DNA from: Macrostomum lignano
Taxonomy: Eukaryota
Assembly: GCA_002269645.1 (NCBI GenBank)
Contig: NIVC01000230.1
Coordinates: forward strand, 620,001-684,000
Length of the DNA: 64,000 nt
Direction: 5' to 3'
Shown here: positions 1 through 11,052 of the stretch, piece after piece
How positions within the stretch are numbered: the stretch's first letter is position 1
Layout: each line of letters opens with the position of its first letter
Notes under the pieces: generated by a model
The model's input: the letters and a program-made list of their open reading frames with translations, nothing else
Database searches by the model: none
Told to the model about the DNA's origin: nothing
Made by a program: the position numbers and the translations under genes

Positions 1-303
1 TTGATTCTCGCTCTCCCGCCCCGCCTCTTACTTAGGGGCTGAGTAAGGGCTGAGCAAGGCAGTAACGTGGCCGACTCTCGAGCTTAAGTTCCGAGCGCGG
101 CCACATTAATGTCTACTAAGCCTGCTCCGTGGGCCTCAGTGTAAAGTTTGTCAGCTCCACCCTTTCCCCTCGCGCCCTCCTCTCAACTCTCCCCCTCGCC
201 CCATGCCGGGGTTTTTTTAACCCCGTATTTTCAGGCTTTGCCTTGGCACTGCGTGCAATGGTGCAATTGCTCTGATTTTCATTCTTTAGCTGTTTCAACA
301 ACC

Positions 304-1165
304 ATGGAAATTGCACGCGCACTACTAACAGCCAGACAGCTCAGAGCGGAGCTGGCCAAGCGCGGTCTACCAAACACAGGCTGCAAACAACAGCTCTACT
401 AACGGCTATGCCACCACTTGTAGTCTGAAAGTCCCACAGCCGACTCTGATGGCTCCGGCGCGACTCTTGATGCAGGAATCATCGCCGACTTGTCAACAGG
501 TGGGCACAAGGAACGAGGTGGGCACGGGGCGCTGCTGGCGAGGTTCTGCAGATGGAGGTCGAAGAGCTGGAAATCAAGGCGCTGACGCGGCGCCGTGCTC
601 AACTGCAGCGGCAGTTCAACGATAACCAGACTGCTGCCTCCCTACTTAAAGGTGAGCCCACTGATTTTTCTTCTGGTGTGCATGAGGCCTATTTATCTTG
701 CGCTGGTATATAGAGCGCGGTCAGTCGGCCAGAAAGAGCAGCCGGGCCTACCTGATCCGAGACTTTGTCAAGCCCAATGCAAATCAGTCAAGCGAGAGCC
801 TGACCGCTTGTATGAGAACGGCAACTTGTTATTCAAGAAGCAGCTGCGAAACCCAAGCAAGATTTCCACCGGCCAATGAATCTCCGGTAATGCTCAAATC
901 CTACAGCACCAGATTGATGACGGCTCGCTCATCTACACGAATGTCGACGGGTCTCTACCAGCGAGCTGAGAGGCTACCCAGTAGATCTGCGAACTTCTTG
1001 ACGCCAACTACAGCCCATATATTGCGGTGGGAGTTTGATAAAGTTTACAGGAAGCTACTGGCCGAGCCGGACTGACTGCCGGCTGTCAGTGGTTTAGCTG
1101 CAGGTGCCCGCATGTCTGCAAGCTGCCCGGCTGCGGTTAAGCCACACCCCACCCACCTGCATCGT
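304..1165 (+). mobile_element. Decayed DIRS/Ngaro-like (tyrosine-recombinase retrotransposon) gag remnant, in intron 2 of Toll copy B
   Basis: Broken reading frames give a SAP-like N-terminus (LTARQLRAELAKRGLPNTGCKQQLY*RL), a WEFDKVYRKLLA motif resembling DIRS ORF1, and a C-terminal zinc finger CRCPHVCKLPGCG/(shift)KPHPTH. It carries several stops and frameshifts. No RT or recombinase was seen. Confidence 0.5.
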
Positions 1166-1289
1166 CAAAGTAGCAATGTGGCGGAAGGATAAAAAACTAA
1201 AAGCAATTGCCTGTACCTTCCTGTCGCTGCTGTGTGGATTTTCGGGTTAACTTTTGTTTAACGCACGAACTATCAAAATAACGGAGCTC

Positions 1290-1500
1290 GAAAGCTCCAG
1301 GGTTAACGCCGTTTGACTCTCGTTCCACGATCGCTGGTTCGATTCCGTGCCCGACCACATTCATTTAAGGATCATGGCCCTTCAAATGGCCAAGGGTTGT
1401 CATGTGATTCACACCCATGATCGCCAATCTCCAAGGCACAGAGAGTGCACATGCCTGACGATTATAAAGTCAGGACCACTGTGCATGTACATTCTGTCTC
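1290..1500 (+). mobile_element. tRNA-derived SINE copy (family also at ~8156 and ~19400-19620)
   Basis: B-box GGTTCGATTCC at 1336-1346, followed ~100 nt later by the core GGCACAGAGAGTGCACATGCCTG...AAAGTCAGG. The same spacing occurs in the 19.4-kb copy. Confidence 0.55.
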
Positions 1501-1626
1501 AATAGTCATCAATAGTCAGCGGAATGGGCAGAACCGTTAGTTGTGTTACGATATCGCCGAAGGTGTTGCGCCAGGTTGCTTAAACCCTAATAAAAAATTA
1601 ACTAAGTAACTAAATTAGTTACTCAC

Positions 1627-2562
1627 GTTATACCAGGGCTGAATTTCGCCGATCAATTCGATTCTATTGTAGGACAAGTCCAAAACCTTCAGAGTCTGCG
1701 CAGAGGCCCTGAACCAGTAGCAGTGTCTGTTCTTGCCCGTTCCGTTTTGTACCGGTGGACGCCAGCAGATCCAGTCGCGGTACAAGCCGGAGATGCGGTT
1801 GTGGCTCAGGTTGACAGTCTGGAGGTTCCCAAGCAGGCTAAGCGAATAGGGTATTTCATTAAGTTTATTGAAGCTGAGGTCCAAGTAACTCAGTCCGACG
1901 CCCCAAGGAACCTGTTTGCTCAAGTTCTGCTTATTTTCGCTCTTGTTAAACTCCTGATGACCAAACACCAACGAAAAGTCAATGTTATCGTTGTCCATCA
2001 TGTCGTACAGGTATGTTACTTTGTTTAGTCGTCCCGAAGCATTGTAGCTGTACTTCAGATTCTCGAAAGCCTTTTTAACAAGTTTGTTATGGCTATTCAA
2101 CCAAGATCTGTTTTTGACCAGCTGTGCTAAAAGCTCGTCTAATGCATTGAGCGTCACTTGCAGTGCGTCGCTGCCGAACTCGGAAATGTTGCAGTGAGCC
2201 ATTGTCAGACTGTCGATATTTCTCAGAGCCAAGAGGTTTTGCACTGACACCCAGGTGATTGGCGAGTACCGAATCTGAATGCTGCGCAGATGCGTGCACC
2301 GATGCGTGATGTACACGGGAAGGAAATAAAGGTCTACCCTGTCCAAGTGAAGGTACGTCAGCTTGCAGTCGGACTTGTTGAAGTCCTTCGGGTAGGCGAC
2401 CTCTACAGTGTAGTAGCCGCCTACTCCAGGCTTCTCGGGTATTCCGAACTGCGCCAGTTTCATTTCCTCTCGCAGCTCGACATGCTCCAACTCCAGCTGA
2501 GTCGCGTCAACGTTGATGTTGATAGGACAACCGATTATCAAGACTTCGGCTGGCGGATACAC
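1627..2562 (-). CDS. Toll-like LRR receptor copy B, exon 2 (312 codons)
   Basis: Acceptor tttcAG|GTG at 2563/2562 and donor AAC|GTGAGT at 1627/1626, both phase 0. LRR motifs LSYLDLSFNKL, LQTVNLSHNRI, LKVLDLSYNRI. Same length as, and highly similar to, copy A exon 2. The next exon would lie before position 1. Confidence 0.88.
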
Positions 2563-2848
2563 CTGAAACCCATCGAATAATTTCAGATTCATAGTTCAGA
2601 ATTACTAAAAGCAGCTGGGCACATTTATTTCAGTTGAAGATACTACCTTTGACATAAGTGATTTTCTTATTGGTAAGCGCTTCCAGAATATTTTTGATGT
2701 GTCTTAATTGTCTTCACTGATGCTTAACAATGGTAGCAATAGAGAGATATGAAAGACTTGTACAGCGGCCCTGACTTTACATTCTATGCCTCATGGGATT
2801 GGTCTTCATGGACCGCGATGAGGACCGTAGTGATTTAAAAGTACTCAC

Positions 2849-3220
2849 CTTAATAGTCATCTTATTTTTGTAGTGCGCTAGGCTCAGCTGCCGAAGATCC
2901 ACTGTGGCGCAGTTGTGACAACCGCTGCAGTCAATCGTGAGATTCAAAACAACTCTGTAAAGAATTAATGAGCACGGAACTCCCGATTCGGGTGGCACTT
3001 CGAGCCGGTGAGAGATTTTGCAGTAAAAGTCATATCCCGACGGGTGGCCGGAGTCGCAGAGGCACTGGCTGTAGTTGTCATTAAAGACAACAAAACTGCT
3101 TTGGATTTGATCTTCTGGGTAATTAACTTTACCGCGGTGTCTGGAGCTCTGAGATGCAGTAAAACTTGACATCATTGCAAATAAGCAGATGCAGCTCAGT
3201 AACGCCAAGGTACTATTCAT
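2849..3220 (-). CDS. Toll-like LRR receptor copy B, exon 1 (signal peptide plus Cys-rich cap, 124 codons)
   Basis: Starts at an ATG with a hydrophobic leader (MNSTLALLSCICLFAMM). Cys pattern matches copy A exon 1. Donor AAG|GTGAGT at 2849/2848, phase 0. Identical 372-nt length to copy A exon 1. Confidence 0.85.
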
Positions 3221-4445
3221 TTCTGTTTTGGTGTATGTGCAAAATGAACTCTATACTGCGTCAATTGCGTAGAAATTTATCCAGCTAAAATGTGGAACTT
3301 CGCCCGTACAATTGAAATTTATATAGTCGCTTTGCCTTTGCAGTTGTTTATTTTATATTTTGATGAAGTTTCAGCTGCAGTGGGGGGGGGACTTGTTGCT
3401 GTCAGATTTTCAGATAACGCACCTCAGCAGAAGCCAAGGAACCCAAGTCACTACAGCGGAAAAATCGAAAAACGTACTTGGATGGCCTTGAAATTTTTCA
3501 GTCACTTTGCAACATTCAAATTACGCTCGTATAACTAACCCAACATCTTCATTTAGATGAAGTTTCGTAGGCTGCTCCTAAACGATAAGCTAAATGCATG
3601 TAAACTCTACGAGAGTTGGAAAATAAAATCCTGGAAAATAAAAAGTGACGCATTAATAGGTCAGAAACAATTGCTTTTTGTTTAAGTTTTTAATGTCGAT
3701 CGTCGACATTCTTAAAAATTGTGCAGTCTAAAATCAGAGACACCAAAGAATCAATTCATTCATCAAACATCATCGGCCACTTCTTTTGGCGAAATGTAAG
3801 AATCTTTAAAGTGTATTAACTCATTGCTCTATTTATTCTTCAATTCATTGTTAAACTGTCCTATGTATAAAAAAATTTAGGTAAAATCAGAACCTCAAAA
3901 TCAGACATAGCTACGGGCATATTGTACTGCTCTGCGCACACAAGCTCGAGTGGTCGATAATGCGATGTTAATAAAAAAGGTTTTCAATAATCAGCAGTAT
4001 TGAACTGATATAATAATGCATAAATTTATTCTTTAGCATGTACAGAGTCGTATATTCCTTGTCAACGAAACGCGATTGGGGCACTCCTAAGTATACGTCC
4101 TTCTTCATTAGAGCTCAGGCCTCAAACCAGATCGCAGCACATCGATCGTAAGTCGAAAGTAGAAATGGCGTTGAAAGCCTAAAAAGCAATTTTCTAAAAG
4201 TCTCTCTCTAAATTTTAACATTTACAAAATTATACAAAACTACGAGTAACTACAAATTATTGATCTTGTACCGGTACATGCACTCTCTTGCAATTTGATA
4301 GAACCTTAAAAATTGGGAAATCATTGAATGGGTAGCTATGACCTTACGGCTTATGCGACAATAAGGATTTCTTCTTTCTTGAAAAAATTGTTCATCGCTA
4401 GTTTTTTAACGTGAATAGAGACAATCAACACAATACTTGACTCCG

Positions 4446-4604
4446 TCACTTCCTGTACAGCACTCCGTCCAGCCAAAGCCCCAGCGCCTCGACGTCGCAG
4501 ACCTCCGCGCTCATGTCGAACCAATTCGTCGCCGGCCCGGACTCTCCGCCGTCCAGTCGCTGATTCGCCAACGCCCGGTAGCGAGCTCTCGACCGGCTGT
4601 CCAC
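4446..4604 (-). CDS. Terminal exon completing the second TIR domain (52 aa plus stop)
   Basis: Acceptor tttcgcctgcAG|GTG at 4605/4604, phase 0 matching the upstream donor. Translates VDSRSRARYRALANQ...NWFDMSAEVCDVEALGLWLDGVLYRK*. Confidence 0.65.
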   Translation of the reverse strand: MDSRSRARYRALANQRLDGGESGPATNWFDMSAEVCDVEALGLWLDGVLYRK

Positions 4605-4706
4605 CTGCAGGCGAAAGACGATTGATTTATCTCATTCATACAGATCAGTGAGGCAAAGCTACTCAAAACTCAGACCTGCTCACTCAGCTGATTGCGAGAG
4701 TCTCAC

Positions 4707-5116
4707 CTGTCCAACCTGAACTACCAGCAGGCGGCGTCTGAACGAGTTTGCAGCGAGGAAGGCTTGGAACTCGCACTGCAGCTCGGCCTCGTCTCTGAAC
4801 CAACTGAGCAGGCCGTTGCTGAGCAGCAGCACAAACTGGCGAGTTCGCTTCATCAGGAAGCTGTTGATGCGGCCGGCTTGCGAGGCGCCCTCGAAGTTGT
4901 CAGGCCAGCGAGCAGCCAGGACCGCGTCGTTGGTACCGAGCCGAACGCCTGAGAGGCGACAAGCTATAAGCTCGACGACGGTGTTTGAGCTCGAAGCTGA
5001 GTTGGCTCGGAACTCGGAGTCAGAGGAGGACTCGGGGGCGGACAGGATGAAGACCTCCGGCACTTTGTCCGAGTGGAACGGCGGCCAGTCACTGATCGTG
5101 CCCATACCGCGATTTT
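4707..5116 (-). CDS. Exon encoding a second, divergent TIR domain (likely exon 4 of Toll copy A, or part of a TIR-only gene)
   Basis: TIR-like motifs in order: PEVFILS (box1), SGVRLGTND (betaB/BB), RTRQFVLLLSNGLLSW (betaC), CEFQAFLA (alphaC), RRRLLVV (betaD). Acceptor acttcAG|AA at 5117/5116 is phase 1. Donor CAG|GTGAGA at 4707/4706 is phase 0. Confidence 0.7.
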
Positions 5117-5645
5117 CTGAAGTAATTAATTGAGCCACGTAATAGCGTTTTCAAAGTTCATAATTAAAAAAGACGCTAGTTTCGTCATTGTCTTTATTGA
5201 CTTCCGAAAATAGTTCGATTTGGCGTTCAGAACTGCGCTCCTACGAGCGTGTATTCATCCTGTGGGTCTATCTCGTTTTACTGCAACTGGATTTCACAGC
5301 ATAATGTCGTTATACCACTACACGAGATGGCCTGTCCAATCTGTTCGATACCTAGTCTGTTTCTGGGCTCTCCCCTCGGCCTGCTGCGATGTAGACGCAT
5401 TGGCTGCTGCCACGTGGAGAGTCGCCTTAGCATGCTTGGCTACGTGGACCTTGACGACCATGCTGGAGCGACAGCTGGACTCGGCGCACTAAGGGCTGCT
5501 TCGCACGTGGCGTGCAGACAATGAGGCCCTGTACTAAAGTGTTACGCTGCAACATCCGTCCACCATATTGTGCCGGTTTTGACCTTAACTGGCGGGCCAC
5601 GTGATCCGGGCCGAGTATTATATTGACCAGATCATGGGAAGGACT

Positions 5646-7916
5646 TCAATTTCTAAGAACGGACACAGCCTCTAAAAAATTTAACACTGACTTACTCATA
5701 AAATCCCATGTGCGATCAACATCTACAATAAGCGGCTGCACATCGCTTGGTTGTTCCACCATCTCTTCTGCTGCTAAAACAACTGAACATTCCGGTTCGC
5801 CGGCAGCTACCGTAGTTTCTGGAACCACTGACTGGTCAAACAAGAGGACCGTGGCCGGATCTCGGTTTCGAATGCGCTCGATGAGTCGGTATTCCCAGTC
5901 CACCGACTTGTATACGATGTCGCTCCCTGCGAGGATTCTCTGCAGAGTGTGGAACGCCTCCACGTCCTCAGGTCCGAGCTGTCTCTGGCGCTGAAGCGAC
6001 ACTCTGCGCGAGCTCAGGCGCAGAAACACAATGTCCTTGAACGGATTCCGACCTACGCTGTCGAGCTCTCGAATCACCTGGCACAGAGCGAGGTACTGGG
6101 TGTCGAGAAACCTCTCGGTCAGAGCTACCACCACCTTGCCGCTGAACTTGGCTCCCTCAGCTGGACAGTCAAAGTAGGTGAGCGGACAGGAGCACAGGTC
6201 CGAGTAGAGGAAGCTCTCCGGAACGCACAGCTCGAGCTCGTCTCCGCCCGAGGCGCTGCGCACGCAGTTCAGCACGTCGACCAGACAGTCCTGGTCTCTG
6301 TCCGACGCCCACAGCATCGCGTCGTACGGCAGCGAGTCCCGAGATGCCTGATGCTGCAGTCGCCGACTGCTCTGGTACTTGAGGAGGATGAGGACTCGAA
6401 CAACGGCCAGCAGTCGGTGTCGACGGCGGACAGCGAGCATCGCGAGACCGAGCAGCACGAGACCAAATGCTGATGTCAGAACGATCCGGACGGTCTGCTT
6501 TCGCTGCTGTGCTGCCGAGTTTGCTATGAGCTCGCACACTTTGACAAGTCTGCCCTCATCGCTCACTTGATAGTCTGTTGAGTTTCCTAGCTTCTCACAG
6601 GCCCCATTCCACTTGTGATCGTGACTGTTGGCCGTACAGGCGTCAATTATAACTTGGTCGACACTGCAGGTCATACGTTGAAAGTCGGACACTACTTGTG
6701 TAGACTTAGAGACCTGAAGCAGCGTTTGATGCAACTGCAGCCATTCTTTAGTGCAGGAGCATTGCCACGGGTTGTCACTTAGAGTGATGTCCATTAGACT
6801 CGGCAAGCAGTTCTCATTGAAAATCTCAACATCAAGTGTTGTCATGTTGTTATTTTTTAATGATATCCTTTGGGTGTTGTTTGCGAAAGTGCATATCGAC
6901 TCTTTTTTGAAACTCTTGATTCGATTGTGATCCAATTCTATCCGAGTTAGGCGGTGGTCGAAATTAAAAGCCCCGTTCTCAATGTAAACAATGCCACTGT
7001 TGCTTAATTCCAGAAACTCCAGCTGTGCGGAAAAACTCTGAGGCTTCCACTTGAAGGTTCCAGACGATATGTGGCGAAGACTGTCGACACCGTGGATGTC
7101 TGACATGTCAATTTTCTTTACTGGATAGTCGATAACCAACTGTGACAGTCTGAGTGATTTGTTTTGACATTGTAAGTTGAAGAATGTCCAGTCTTCATTG
7201 TGATAACAGGAGCATCCTGCCATGCAGTACACCCAGCAGTTTTTAGAATCCGTGCAGTTCCTGCTTGGTAGATTGTGCTTCTCGTTGCCTTCAAAGTTGC
7301 AGAGAAATCGTACAGACTGCTGCTTGGCCTCACGGAGAGAGAGATTTACTTTGCCTCTGTTTGGATCAAAAAACGTGCAGTTTGAGTCCATCTCCTCATC
7401 CGGAATTCGGGGATAATGGTATTCGCTATGTTCGGCCCACGGGGAATTCTCCTCCTCTTCGAATGTCTTCATGTAGACACTGCCGCAGTCGCAGACTAAA
7501 TTATTTTGCTGGTTCTTTGCGTACAGCACCACTCTGGAGCCCAGTGTCGTTCTCTTCGTCATAGTCATGCTGTCGTAGTAGATATGCCGCAAGTTGTTGT
7601 TGCTGAGGTCAATGAAGTCCAGCATCTTAAGATTATTGAATGCACCTGTTTCAATCGCAGTAATGCAATTATTGGCCAGCTTAACTCTGTGCAGTTGAGA
7701 AGATCTTGGCACGGAGTCATACTGGACGTTTCCTAACTGATTGTGCTGAATACTGATCTCCTCCAGTCGCTCTAAGCTGGACAGTAAGAAGTACGTCAGT
7801 TTATTATCATCCAAGTTCAAAACAAGAAGACTGGATTTTAAGCGGGACTTTGCGAACGCTTCCGGGTTTATAGTGGTAATCTGGTTGCCTTGGAGATAGA
7901 GTTCCGCCAATTGGAC
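5646..7916 (-). CDS. Toll-like receptor copy A, exon 3: LRRs, LRRCT-LRRNT cluster, LRRs, LRRCT, TM, divergent TIR
   Basis: Acceptor tattcgcAG|GTC at 7917/7916, phase 0. LRRCT NNLVCDC, LRRNT CMAGCSCYHN...C, second LRRCT NPWQCSC, TM IVLTSAFGLVLLGLAMLAV. TIR motifs PYDAMLWASDRD, LELCVPESF, SGKVVVALTERFL. Open to a stop at 5646. A perfect internal donor A|GTAAGT lies at 5696/5695. Confidence 0.92.
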   Translation of the reverse strand, partial: VQLAELYLQGNQITTINPEAFAKSRLKSSLLVLNLDDNKLTYFLLSSLERLEEISIQHNQLGNVQYDSVPRSSQLHRVKLANNCITAIETGAFNNLKMLDFIDLSNNNLRHIYYDSMTMTKRTTLGSRVVLYAKNQQNNLVCDCGSVYMKTFEEEENSPWAEHSEYHYPRIPDEEMDSNCTFFDPNRGKVNLSLREAKQQSVRFLCNFEGNEKHNLPSRNCTDSKNCWVYCMAGCSCYHNEDWTFFNLQCQNKSLRLSQLVIDYPVKKIDMSDIHGVDSLRHISSGTFKWKPQSFSAQLEFLELSNSGIVYIENGAFNFDHRLTRIELDHNRIKSFKKESICTFANNTQRISLKNNNMTTLDVEIFNENCLPSLMDITLSDNPWQCSCTKEWLQLHQTLLQVSKSTQVVSDFQRMTCSVDQVIIDACTANSHDHKWNGACEKLGNSTDYQVSDEGRLVKVCELIANSAAQQRKQTVRIVLTSAFGLVLLGLAMLAVRRRHRLLAVVRVLILLKYQSSRRLQHQASRDSLPYDAMLWASDRDQDCLVDVLNCVRSASGGDELELCVPESFLYSDLCSCPLTYFDCPAEGAKFSGKVVVALTERFLDTQYLALCQVIRELDSVGRNPFKDIVFLRLSSRRVSLQRQRQLGPEDVEAFHTLQRILAGSDIVYKSVDWEYRLIERIRNRDPATVLLFDQSVVPETTVAAGEPECSVVLAAEEMVEQPSDVQPLIVDVDRTWDFMSKSVLNFLEAVSVLRN

Positions 7917-8359
7917 CTGCGAATAGCAAAAATTTAGACAGGCACTTTGGTAAATACTACTTGTGATTGCAATCAAAGCTCGCAGAATGTTTAGCTAATG
8001 AATATGAGGGGCCCCACACCTTCGCAGTTTCACTCATTGTTTGACCTCAATTTTTATAACCCTTCGTTTTGATGCCCTCTCTCTCCTCTCACTTAGGGGC
8101 TGAGTAGCAAAGCAGTAGCAAAGCAGTCTCGGAAACTTAGCGATTAGCGCTTGAAGGCACAGAGAGAGTCCACATGCCTGACGCTTATAAAGTCAGAGCC
8201 GCTGTACACTCTGTGTGAGCGTATGTGTTCAAGAGTCGGCGGAAGAGGCAATTTCCGTCGGTTGTGGGACAATTTTGAGCTAAGACGTTGCGCCAGGGTG
8301 CTTACAACCCCTCTTGAAATTTTAGTGTAAACAATTAACTAAATAAGTTATTTACTCAC

Positions 8360-9295
8360 GTTATACCAGGGCTGAATTTCGCCGATCAGTTCGATTCTAT
8401 TGTAGGACAGGTCCAAAATCTTCAGAGTCTGCGCAGAGGCCCTGAACCAGTAGCAGTGTCTGTTATTGTCCGTTCCGTTTCGCACCGGCGGAGGCCAGCA
8501 GATCCAGTCACGGTACAAGCCGGAGATGCGGTTGTGGCTCAGGTTGACAGTCTGGAGGTTCCCAAACAGGCTAAGCGAATAGGGGATCTCTGTTAGCATG
8601 TTGTTCGCCAGGTTGAGGTAGCTGAGTTTCACCCCCCAAGGAACCTGTTTGCTCAAGTTTTGCTTGTCGCTCTCATGAAATTCCTGATGACCAAACACTA
8701 ACGAAAAGTCAATATTATCGTTGTCCATCATGTCGTACAGGTATGTCACTTTATTCAGTCGGCCTGAAGCATTGTACATTTGCTCCAGTTTGTCTACGGC
8801 TCTCTGAGTAAGGTTGTTTCCATCAATTCCCTTTGTTCCGTTTTGCACCCGCTGCGCCACCAACTTGTCCAATGCATCGAGAGTTATTTGAAGTGCATCG
8901 CTGCCGAACTCGGTAACGCTGCAATGAGCCATTGTCAGACTGTCAATGTTTCTCAGAGCCATTAGTCCTTTCACTGACACCCATGTGATTGGAGTGTTCC
9001 AAATTTGAATACTGTGCAGGCTTTGGCATCTGTACATGAGGTATTCGGGCAGGTACCAAATGTCGACAGTATCCAATTTCAGGTACTTTAACCAACAGTC
9101 CGACTCATTGAAGTTGTTCGGATAGGTGACTTCCACAGTGTAGTAGCCGCCGACCCCAGGCCTCTCTGGAATTCCGAACTGCGCCACCTTCATTTTGTCG
9201 CTAAGGTTGACTTTCTCCAGTTGCAGCTGGCGGGCGTCAACGTTAGCGCTGATGACCTGGCAGTTGAATATGTTGACCGCGGGTGGTGGATACAC
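8360..9295 (-). CDS. Toll-like receptor copy A, exon 2 (312 codons, LRRs with non-LRR islands)
   Basis: Acceptor attgtAG|GTG at 9296/9295 and donor AAC|GTGAGT at 8360/8359. The phase 0 join gives QPWYN|VQLAELYLQGNQI, continuing the LRR register. Confidence 0.9.
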
Positions 9296-9635
9296 CTACA
9301 ATGCAGCGTTTTTAGAGTGGAATTATTCAAGACATTGTTAGATACTTGGTGATGGCGGGTTGCATCACTTTTTCGGAATTTTCGTCATTGCTGCTATTCT
9401 TGTCACAAGTCGGTTGAATCGTTGGTTTTGACTTTAATTAAAACAAAAAAAGTTATTATTCTAAAGTTAAAATTCTGACCGCCAACTGATGTTTCCTTTC
9501 CTGTGGACATGTGCTTTGACAAAACCAGTATAATACCATAACCAGCTATAATAAAGACGTAAAACTACAGAATGCCACACGTTTGCAACCGAACTGATCA
9601 AAACTCAGCATTGAAGTGCAGAAAAGACAAGCACC

Positions 9636-10587
9636 AGGGGCCGTGCTATAGATTTAAGAGCCAGGGGTTAAGGAGTTAGGAGTAAGGAGTGCTCCTAGCA
9701 AGGAGTGAATCGATTTTGCGTGGTCTAGAGTTCAAGAATCAAGAGTTGGGAGCTAGGATTGTTTCAAGGAGTGCGGCATGGGAATGAGGAGGAGTTCTAA
9801 GGAGCGTAAGGTGATTGGCTAAGGAGTCTGCCAATCTGCGTACTATATTTAAACTCCTAAATGTACACATCCTTGGGTTTAATTCAAGGAGTAATTCGAC
9901 AAAATATACGGTTCAATCTTTATTACCCTGTCAAAAGCGGGAGCTAAAGCAATAAAACCACTTTAGACTACAAGCCTGCGCATTTGGTTAGGAGCGACAG
10001 GGAGCGCATTTAATTAGTTGATAGACTAGACCATAGAAAACGGTTAACTGCTATCGTAATTAATTAATTGCTCCCATTTGATAAACAACTAACTTAAAAA
10101 CCTAAGATGATTTTTTTGTTTTAAGACGGAACACATGTTTGTTGAAACTGGCGTACAAGAATGTACAGTGTAGAAGTGCATGGGGTAACATAAGCCAGTG
10201 GCGGATCCTGCAGGATTTGAAAAGTGAGGGCTGAGGGGTAGAGGCAAAAGATGACAAAAATAACACTCCTACGAACCTAGGAGTATAATTTGGCCCTTAA
10301 AATCTTAACTTGGAGTTAGGAGCTAGAAATGAAATTCGCTCCTTCTATATTGGACACCCGCTCCTAAAATTCACTCTTAATGGCAACTCCTCCCTCCTAC
10401 TCCCCACTCCTTGTTCTATAGCACGCGACAAACCTTAATGAGATCTCCTAAATTCACCTTAAAGGAGCCTCCTAGCTTTTAAAATTTAGTCGATTCTATA
10501 GCACAGAAAAGAGCCATCTGGGAGCTAAGAGTTTGGACACTCTTAAGGATTTAGGAGTTAAGAGTATTCTATCGCACCGGCACAGTG
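9636..10587. mobile_element. Non-autonomous hAT-like DNA transposon in intron 1 of Toll copy A
   Basis: 8-bp direct repeat ACAAGCAC at 9628-9635 and 10588-10595. CA...TG termini. Imperfect TIR (CAGGGGCCGTGCTATAGA vs TCTATCGCACCGGCACAGTG). AGGAG motifs in the left arm are mirrored by CTCCT in the right arm. Confidence 0.7.
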
Positions 10588-11052
10588 ACAAGCACTCAGT
10601 GCTGGACGTGAGCTAGCTAAATGTTTAACTTGCTGGTTAGCTAGTTAATGTTCTTAAAAATAGCGTTATCTGCCGTTGTCTGCCCAGCACTTCAAGCACT
10701 ACGGCAAAAAGATAGTCAATGGCAGGGGTCTACGCGGGCACTGACGAAAATCAAGGCCACAGTCGACCCGCAACCAACCAAGTTGGCAAGCAGTCATGCC
10801 CAGACCACTGACCGATGAACACGTATAGACACGCAGATACGAACTCAAGCATTCGCCCACTCAGGGTGTACAGTGTCTTTGATTTCCTCATTATCAGGCT
10901 CGTGGTTGACCCTCACAACTGTACATCGAACAAAAATATCCCAAAGCAATTTCTATGAAAGAGCCGCAATTCATGAACCCTTGCAGTTTGTAATTTTGAA
11001 ATTTAATCCACAACGAGTTTGTTTTTTAGATCCACAATTGCTTTCCAATCAC

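Noticed and set aside
1296-1356. Possible tRNA genes here, at ~19400-19450, ~48465-48530 and ~55720-55790 (minus)
   Set aside because: B-box-like motifs are present, but no consistent cloverleaf or acceptor stem was found. They are better explained as SINE heads.
5340-5530. GC-rich stretch as an extra exon or independent first exon (MVVKVHVAKHAK...) for the TIR2 segment
   Set aside because: Its likely donor (AG|GTATCG) is phase 2 and would need a weak acceptor without a pyrimidine tract, and other frames contain stops. It is not fully excluded as a start for a TIR-only transcript.
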